A DNA stretch of 32,000 bases from Pseudoalteromonas tetraodonis (GTDB lineage Bacteria; Pseudomonadota; Gammaproteobacteria; Enterobacterales; Alteromonadaceae): contig NZ_CP011041.1 of assembly GCF_002310835.1 (NCBI RefSeq), positions 2,130,001 through 2,162,000 on the forward strand, written 5' to 3'. Below the pieces are notes generated by a model. It did no database searches, was not told the origin of the DNA, and saw only the letters and a list, made by a program, of their open reading frames with translations. A program made the position numbers and the translations under genes. The first letter of the stretch is position 1; each line of letters starts with the position of its first letter. Shown in pieces: positions 25,798 to 32,000 of the stretch.

Positions 25798-26837
25798 TGA
25801 GTAATTATCCTATTTTTGGCTGTTATTATTACCCTAATAGCAGCCAATATATTAAAAGCTACGCACACCTTTCCCATGAGCAAATAACGCTTGTTGACTC
25901 TGAGAATACGACGTTACTTTCATCAACTTTAGACGATTGCCAACTTGATAGTCCGTTACCGGGCATGGCATCAGAGTTAAATTTTGCTGATGGTGGGCGA
26001 TTTGTTCCTCAAGATGTAGAATTTAGATGGCCATTCGCGCTTAAAAAGCATGGACTAAGTGAACGCTTAGAAAAAAATAAGATTCTTATTGTTGCATCCG
26101 TGCTGCTAATTCCCCTATTGCTTTGGTTAATTTTATACCGCTTAATACCATCAGTAGCCGTATATAGCGTTAACTTAGCACCTGCCTCGACAATTGAAAC
26201 GATGGGAGAGCAAACGCTCAGTGTGATAGAAAAAGTCGCATTAGAACCTTCTCAACTTTCTACTAATAAGCAATCAGAAATACAGCAACAATGGCGTTTA
26301 ATGCTTAACTCACTCAATTTAGACAGTGCAAAATTTAGACTCTCTTTTTATCAGTCAGATTATTTTTCAGCTAATGCGTTTGCTCTTCCTAATGGGCGGG
26401 TTGTTGTGACTGACGAACTTGTTGAGCTATTAAAGAATGAACCTGATGCCCTGCGTGCTATTTTACTTCATGAAATTGGTCATGTTCAGCACCATCACAG
26501 CATTCGCCTTGCAGCACAAGCTGCAGCGAGCACCGTTGTATTTGCAGTTATTTTTGGTGATTTAGAAGGGATATTAGAGGTCGTGCTTGGCTCTGGTTCA
26601 TCTTTTTTACAGCAAGCGTTTTCACGAGATATGGAACAAGAGGCCGATGAATATGCTATTAAAAATCTTTTAAAATTAGGATATTCTAACCACGACTTTG
26701 CTGATGCAATTGAAGCACTGGAAAATAATTTAAAAGCACAAGAGGCGACCCTTGATGATACTTGGTTAAAGTATTTATCAACGCACCCAAGCTCTCAAGA
26801 GCGAATAGAATATGCGAGGCAATATAAACCACTATGA
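25797..26837 (+). CDS. M48-family zinc metallopeptidase, membrane-anchored
   Basis: 346 aa. HEIGH zinc motif (LLHEIGHVQHHH) with a downstream EQEADEYA third ligand. One TM segment follows an approximately 90-aa N-terminal domain. The ATG overlaps the upstream TAA by 1 nt. Confidence 0.85.
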   Translation: MSNYPIFGCYYYPNSSQYIKSYAHLSHEQITLVDSENTTLLSSTLDDCQLDSPLPGMASELNFADGGRFVPQDVEFRWPFALKKHGLSERLEKNKILIVASVLLIPLLLWLILYRLIPSVAVYSVNLAPASTIETMGEQTLSVIEKVALEPSQLSTNKQSEIQQQWRLMLNSLNLDSAKFRLSFYQSDYFSANAFALPNGRVVVTDELVELLKNEPDALRAILLHEIGHVQHHHSIRLAAQAAASTVVFAVIFGDLEGILEVVLGSGSSFLQQAFSRDMEQEADEYAIKNLLKLGYSNHDFADAIEALENNLKAQEATLDDTWLKYLSTHPSSQERIEYARQYKPL

Positions 26838-27127
26838 CCCCTGAACTGAATTTATTGTTATTAGTCATCATTATGATAACGCTTGGCTACGGGTTTATTT
26901 ATCCGCGCTTTGCAGGCAGCAGCTTTAAAAAGGTATCGGTACAAGATTTATTTGCAACAGGCATTACGCTATTAATTGCATCTCGCCTTTATTACAACTC
27001 GGGCGTGCAATTTAGCTGGTTACTATTTGAAGTTAATTGGTTTTGGTTTACTTTTTTAACTTACGTAATAATCGAAATTCCGGTGTTTTTTATTTATGCT
27101 AAAAAGCACAACATGCAGTTTTCATAG
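26834..27127 (+). CDS. Small membrane protein of unknown function
   Basis: 97 aa with 3 TM segments. ATGA overlap with the M48 stop. Confidence 0.55.
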   Translation: MTPELNLLLLVIIMITLGYGFIYPRFAGSSFKKVSVQDLFATGITLLIASRLYYNSGVQFSWLLFEVNWFWFTFLTYVIIEIPVFFIYAKKHNMQFS

Positions 27128-27144
27128 TACTCTTATTTTTATAC

Positions 27145-27172
27145 AAAAAAAGCGCCAAATTGGCGCTTTTTT
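27145..27172. terminator. Bidirectional intrinsic terminator
   Basis: AAAAAA-AGCGCCA-AAT-TGGCGCT-TTTTT between the convergent operons. Confidence 0.8.
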
Positions 27173-27190
27173 GAGCTGCATTAAAACGCA

Positions 27191-28114
27191 CTAATATTTA
27201 TGCTTAAGTGCCCACAAATGCAATAATTCACTGGCAATCGTTGCTGCGGCAATGGCGGTGAGCTCACTTTGGTCATAAGAAGGCGATACTTCAACTACAT
27301 CCATACCCACCATATTAATGCCTTTGAGTGCACGTAAAATTTTCAGCACTTTATCAGAAGTTAAACCACCACATACTGGTGTACCTGTACCTGGCGCAAA
27401 GGCAGGGTCTAAACAATCTATATCAAAGGTTAAGTAAACCGGTAAATCGCCCACTCGCTCAATAATCTGCGCTGCAATATCATTCGCATGAAGATCATTG
27501 GCTTGCATGGCATCAATCACTGCAAACTCATGCTTGCTTTGATCAAAGTCGGTACGAATGCCGAGCTGAATACTGTGATTAACATCAATCAACCCTTCCA
27601 TTGGCGCATGATAAAACATAGTACCGTGATCAAAACGCGATCCATTGCTATAGGTATCGGTGTGCGCATCGAAATGCACTAACGCCATTTTGCCATGAAT
27701 TTTTGCATGTGCGCGCAATAGCGGTAACGTTACGAAATGATCGCCACCTAAGCCTAATAATGTTTTACCTTGGCGAAGTATTTGCTCTGCCGCCATTTCT
27801 AGCTGGGCAGTAAAATACTCAGGATCGCCTACCGGATAGGTAAAATCGCCAGCATCCGCTACTTTTAGCCGTTCAAACAAAGGAAACGTCCACGGATATT
27901 TAGTATCTTCCCATGCTAAATGCACCGACGCTCTGCGAATTGCATCTGGCCCCAAGCGGGCACCAGGGCGCCCAGAGGTGGCTAAATCAAACGGTAAACC
28001 TAGTACTACTACATCGGCGTCTATGGCGTTAATATTTTGTACCATAGGACGACGTAAAAACGTCATCCCATTTGAGTATAATGAGTGGTCAACATGACCA
28101 AACAAGCTAGACAT
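27191..28114 (-). CDS. speB: Agmatinase
   Basis: 307 aa. Ureohydrolase Mn-binding motifs [20 protein letters not shown] and [19 protein letters not shown]. Immediately downstream of speA. Confidence 0.93.
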   Translation of the reverse strand: MSSLFGHVDHSLYSNGMTFLRRPMVQNINAIDADVVVLGLPFDLATSGRPGARLGPDAIRRASVHLAWEDTKYPWTFPLFERLKVADAGDFTYPVGDPEYFTAQLEMAAEQILRQGKTLLGLGGDHFVTLPLLRAHAKIHGKMALVHFDAHTDTYSNGSRFDHGTMFYHAPMEGLIDVNHSIQLGIRTDFDQSKHEFAVIDAMQANDLHANDIAAQIIERVGDLPVYLTFDIDCLDPAFAPGTGTPVCGGLTSDKVLKILRALKGINMVGMDVVEVSPSYDQSELTAIAAATIASELLHLWALKHKY

Positions 28115-28117
28115 TGC

Positions 28118-30031
28118 TTATAACTCTTCTAAATAAGTGTAGCCGTCAAGGCCGCTTTGCAATTCGTCGAGGACGCTTTGCTGTTCATCTACTGCAATTT
28201 TTGCGCTGACTAACTGCGCATAAGACTGCTGAAAACCTTCAACATCTAAATGTACATAACGCATCATGTCAGCAACAGTATCACCGAGGTTAATTTCTGT
28301 AATGCTGGCAACACCTTGCTCATCCATATTGACAATAGCACTGTGCGTATCACCAAATAAGTTATGCATATCGCCTAGAATCTCTTGATAGGCACCCACC
28401 AAGAAAAATCCCATTAAATACGGTTTATCGGCTGAGTATTCAGGTACTGGTAACGTACTTTCAATACCTTGGCCATCTACATAATGCTCTAAAGCGCCAT
28501 CTGAGTCACAAGTAATATCCAATAACACCGCGCGCTTTTGCGGTGCTTGCGTTAAACCACTTAATGGCAATACTGGAAACACTTGATCAATTCCCCACGC
28601 GTCTGGCAATGACTGGAACAATGAGAAATTTACAAAAAACTTGTCCGCTAAACGCGCATTTAGGTCATCTATAATCGGTCGATGAAAACGGTTTTTGTTA
28701 TCCATTAATTTATTGAGTTCATAACAAACGCGTAAGTTTATTTGCTCTGCCCATGCACGCTGGGTTAAATCTAATAATCCCATCGCAAACTGACTATGCG
28801 CTTCGGCTAAATCACCTTGACTATCGTGAAAAATTTCAATTAATGCACGGTCATCTATAAGCACATGTAATTGTTGCCATGACGTCCACATGTTTTTAAG
28901 TAGCTGCGGCGCTTCATCTGCTGGTGCTTCTATTTCTTCTGGTGTATACGTTTCGGTGCCAATTACATTGGAAATAAGCACTGCATGATGCGCCGTTAAT
29001 GCTCTTCCCGACTCTGAAATAATGGTAGGGAAAGGCTGCTCATACTGCTTACAAATATCACCGATGGTGTACACAATATTATTTGCGTATTCAGCTAAAC
29101 TGTAATTCATTGAGTTGTGTGATTGACTGCGCGTGCCGTCGTAATCAACTGCTAAACCGCCGCCTACATCAAGGCACTCTATGTGCGCACCCAACTTACG
29201 TAATTCACAATAAAAACGCGCAGCCTCGCTTACACCTAAGCGCACATCACGAATGTTGGCCATTTGCGAACCCAAGTGAAAATGCACCAGTTGGACTAAA
29301 TCTAGCTGATCTGTTTCTTTTAAACGGTTTACTACATACAGCACTTGAGAAGCAGATAAACCAAACTTAGATTTTTCTCCGCCACTTGCTTGCCACTTAC
29401 CTTTGCCTTGCGATGCTAAACGCACACGAATACCAATGCGTGGTTTTACATTTAATTCTTTAGCTTGGCTAAGTACCATATCCAGCTCAGACAGTTTCTC
29501 AAGTACGATATACACTTTATGGCCCAGCTTTTCGCCAATCAACGCTAAACGCACATATTCTTTATCTTTGTAGCCATTACACACAATCACCGCACTGGTT
29601 TTTTCAGCCAGCGCTAATACGGTTAATAACTCTGGCTTGCTGCCTGCTTCTAAACCAAGCTGTTTTTTTTCTACTTGTGCTTGGCTGGCAACAATTTCTT
29701 CAACTACTTCTCGTTGTTGGTTAACTTTAATTGGGTAAACTAATAAATAATCTTTTGGATAACCATAACTTTCTATAGCAGTATTAAATGCACCACATAA
29801 GCTATGCACGCGATGGTGTAAAATTTGTGGAAAGCGAACTAACGCAGGCAAACTTAAGCCTTTTTCTTCAAGTTGCTTAGCAATGTCTGTTAATGCAATG
29901 GTTTGCTGTGGGGCATCAGCCTTAGGCGCAACATACACATCACCTTGATCATTAATACCAAAAAAACCTTGGCTCCAATGACGAACGTTGTAGCTCGTAC
30001 GAGCTTGTTCAAGTGATGTTGTCTCTTTCAT
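28118..30031 (-). CDS. speA: Biosynthetic arginine decarboxylase
   Basis: 637 aa. [22 protein letters not shown]-terminus, PLP-lysine context YPIKVNQQ, and colinear with E. coli SpeA. Confidence 0.93.
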   Translation of the reverse strand: MKETTSLEQARTSYNVRHWSQGFFGINDQGDVYVAPKADAPQQTIALTDIAKQLEEKGLSLPALVRFPQILHHRVHSLCGAFNTAIESYGYPKDYLLVYPIKVNQQREVVEEIVASQAQVEKKQLGLEAGSKPELLTVLALAEKTSAVIVCNGYKDKEYVRLALIGEKLGHKVYIVLEKLSELDMVLSQAKELNVKPRIGIRVRLASQGKGKWQASGGEKSKFGLSASQVLYVVNRLKETDQLDLVQLVHFHLGSQMANIRDVRLGVSEAARFYCELRKLGAHIECLDVGGGLAVDYDGTRSQSHNSMNYSLAEYANNIVYTIGDICKQYEQPFPTIISESGRALTAHHAVLISNVIGTETYTPEEIEAPADEAPQLLKNMWTSWQQLHVLIDDRALIEIFHDSQGDLAEAHSQFAMGLLDLTQRAWAEQINLRVCYELNKLMDNKNRFHRPIIDDLNARLADKFFVNFSLFQSLPDAWGIDQVFPVLPLSGLTQAPQKRAVLLDITCDSDGALEHYVDGQGIESTLPVPEYSADKPYLMGFFLVGAYQEILGDMHNLFGDTHSAIVNMDEQGVASITEINLGDTVADMMRYVHLDVEGFQQSYAQLVSAKIAVDEQQSVLDELQSGLDGYTYLEEL

Positions 30032-30174
30032 TTATCTTTCTCTTTTATTTATGAATGCCAAACCGGCTAGTTGCGCGCATTAAAAGAAAAATAGCGATTC
30101 ATGTCCAACAAGTATTTCTACTCGTAACGAGTGAGGATTAAAATTGATAAAGAAAAACAGTAAATAGCGTATTA

Positions 30175-30633
30175 TTAGCTGAGCGCAAGCTCCATAAATA
30201 GGCTGTTCGGGTTTTCTGTGTATTCACCAAAAGGGGCACATTGTACAAACCCTAAATTCTCGTAAAGATGGATTGATTGTCTTTGCTTTGGCCCTGTTTC
30301 TAGCTTTATGATTGGGATTTCTTCTTCGCCAGCATGGTGTAATAATATTTGCATAATACGGCGCGATAAGCCTTTTCCGCGATAACTAGGTTTGACATAT
30401 AAACGGCGTATCTCACCATAGGGCTGGGTATCAAACTGCATAACAATCGCCCCGCAAGCAATAATCCCCTCTTCATTTTTCAAGCCTATTGCATAGACAT
30501 TGGGTTGGCCCAATTGACTAACAGACAATGACTGTGCTGTCGCTACTGGATATAAAGAATTAATAAGTCTGTCGATATCAGAAAAAACATTAATCACATC
30601 GGGATCATCAGGGGTTAAATCTATTAACTGCAT
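30175..30633 (-). CDS. GNAT-family N-acetyltransferase
   Basis: 152 aa. Acetyl-CoA binding motif RLYVKPSYRGKGLSRRIM (R-x-x-G-x-G/A). Confidence 0.85.
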   Translation of the reverse strand: MQLIDLTPDDPDVINVFSDIDRLINSLYPVATAQSLSVSQLGQPNVYAIGLKNEEGIIACGAIVMQFDTQPYGEIRRLYVKPSYRGKGLSRRIMQILLHHAGEEEIPIIKLETGPKQRQSIHLYENLGFVQCAPFGEYTENPNSLFMELALS

Positions 30634-30771
30634 AGGTTATCTCTAATTTATTTTCTTATTTGTTAGCAAACTATAACGCATTGTAACAAATGAACAATAA
30701 CTATGTTTTATGTCATTACTTTTAAAAAATACCGACACAAAATTATTATTGCAAAATAAAAAACAATAGTT

Positions 30772-30802
30772 TGACCTAGATGTACTATGACGGGCGTATA
30801 AT
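30772..30802 (+). promoter_or_regulatory. Possible sigma70 promoter for the PAS sensor gene
   Basis: TTGACC (30772-30777)-19 nt-TATAAT (30797-30802). The spacer is longer than optimal. Confidence 0.35.
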
Positions 30803-30835
30803 GCAATCAATTAGAGTGTAAATTAGGAATAAATA

Positions 30836-32000
30836 ATGTGGTTTAGCCCAAAAAAAAGAAAACAGGCGTTTGCAAAACAGCTAGTTAGTACACACGAAGC
30901 AGCTGCGATTATCGTTAACAACGACAACACTGTTATTGCAGTGAATGACGAGTTTACATCGCTAAGTAAGACACTTAACCAAACTAATGACACTAATACA
31001 TTAACTTATTTAAATAAACGTTATAATCCAACAAGCAAAACCATTGCTTGTGGAAATAACTTGTTTTTAACCCAACACATTAGCCCGCTTACATTAAAAG
31101 AGCTTGATACATGCTCGCTCCATGTATTTAAGCCTGAGCCGATAAGAGTGTTAGATGAGCAAGCTTGGCAAACACTTCTGAGTTTAGGTGAAGATATCTA
31201 TGCAGTCTTCGATGATAACTCAAAGCTTGTTGCGAATAATTTAGATACGTCGAACAGTGCCGACGCTGCACTACTGCCCAAAGAAAACACTAAATTGCTA
31301 AACGTTTTACAAGATGCTTTAAATAGCGAACACGGTTCACTGTGTTTATCTGTAAAAGACAATATTTATTATAATGTTGCCCACACTACTTTTAACTTCA
31401 ATAATACCTTGTTGTCTGCATTTGTATTATCAAAACAATCACAAGTTGAAGACTATAAGCAATTTGAACTGTTATCTAAAGTGGTCAGCAATACCAGTAC
31501 TAGTGTACTTATTACCAATAAAGATGGCTTAGTAGAATATGTTAACCCTGGCTTTGAAGTACTTTCAGGTTATACACTTGCAGAAGTAAAAGGCAAAAAA
31601 CCAGGCAATTTCTTGCAGGGAGAACAAACAGACAAAGAAACCGTTAAGCGGATTTCAAAAAACCTTAAAAACAAACAACCATTTTATGAAGAAATACTAA
31701 ATTTTGATAAAAATGGTGTGCCATATTGGATTGTTCTGTCGGTAAACCCAACATTTGATGATAATGGCCAGCACACAGGGTTTGTGGGCGTCAGTTCAGA
31801 TATTCGCGAAATTAAACGCCAAGTACTTGAACAAATAAACCAAAAAGATGCAATAAGTAGCCACTCGGCTGTGATTGAGTTTAATGAAGATGGCCAGTTC
31901 CTATCTGCCAATGAGTATACCAAAAAGCAATTAAACATATCTGAGGGCTCAAACATAGCGAGTGTGTTTGGTAATTTAAGGGATCATTTAGACGCTTCAC
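30836..32000 (+). CDS. PAS-domain sensory protein, N-terminal part (continues past window end)
   Basis: My own translation is open from ATG 30836 (SD AGGA 7 nt upstream) to the window edge. It is absent from the ORF track because it has no stop. It contains a PAS/PAC block LITNKDGLVEYVNPGFEVLSGYTLAEVKGKKPGNFLQGEQTDKETVKRI...NFDKNGVPYWIVLSVNPTFDDNGQHTGFVGVSSDIREIK and the start of a second PAS (AVIEFNEDGQFLSANEY). The output domain is unknown. Confidence 0.65.
   Translation, partial: MWFSPKKRKQAFAKQLVSTHEAAAIIVNNDNTVIAVNDEFTSLSKTLNQTNDTNTLTYLNKRYNPTSKTIACGNNLFLTQHISPLTLKELDTCSLHVFKPEPIRVLDEQAWQTLLSLGEDIYAVFDDNSKLVANNLDTSNSADAALLPKENTKLLNVLQDALNSEHGSLCLSVKDNIYYNVAHTTFNFNNTLLSAFVLSKQSQVEDYKQFELLSKVVSNTSTSVLITNKDGLVEYVNPGFEVLSGYTLAEVKGKKPGNFLQGEQTDKETVKRISKNLKNKQPFYEEILNFDKNGVPYWIVLSVNPTFDDNGQHTGFVGVSSDIREIKRQVLEQINQKDAISSHSAVIEFNEDGQFLSANEYTKKQLNISEGSNIASVFGNLRDHLDAS

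Overview
AT-rich gammaproteobacterial chromosomal window. The gene content and order (smc-zipA-ligA, speA-speB, gloA, msrB, long tandem tRNA runs) look like marine Alteromonadales or Pseudoalteromonas, but that assignment is inference only. The main feature is a 5.5-kb tRNA super-locus at about 7.7-13.4 kb. Two divergent near-consensus sigma70 promoters with GC-rich discriminators drive it. Leftward: tRNA-Ala(GGC) plus 8 identical tRNA-Glu(UUC). Rightward: 23 tRNA-Val(UAC) genes plus 4 degenerate tRNA-Val-like elements. Seventeen Val genes sit in apparently identical 125-bp units, and each carries a recombinant acceptor stem with a C5:C68 mismatch. Only 5 of the 23 Val genes have a fully paired acceptor stem. 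Other points: a 365-bp non-coding element with perfect 13-bp terminal inverted repeats sits exactly on the overlapping stop codons of two convergent genes. Two decayed copies of the endonuclease III (nth) 3' end flank a TetR/membrane-protein module. A receiver-TPR protein lacks the phospho-acceptor Asp. There is a translationally coupled DUF898-like/M48 peptidase/small membrane protein operon, and ligA is coupled to three small membrane ORFs. I saw no CRISPR array, integrase, transposase, prophage or recognisable defence genes. Family names come from motif recognition by eye, not from searches.
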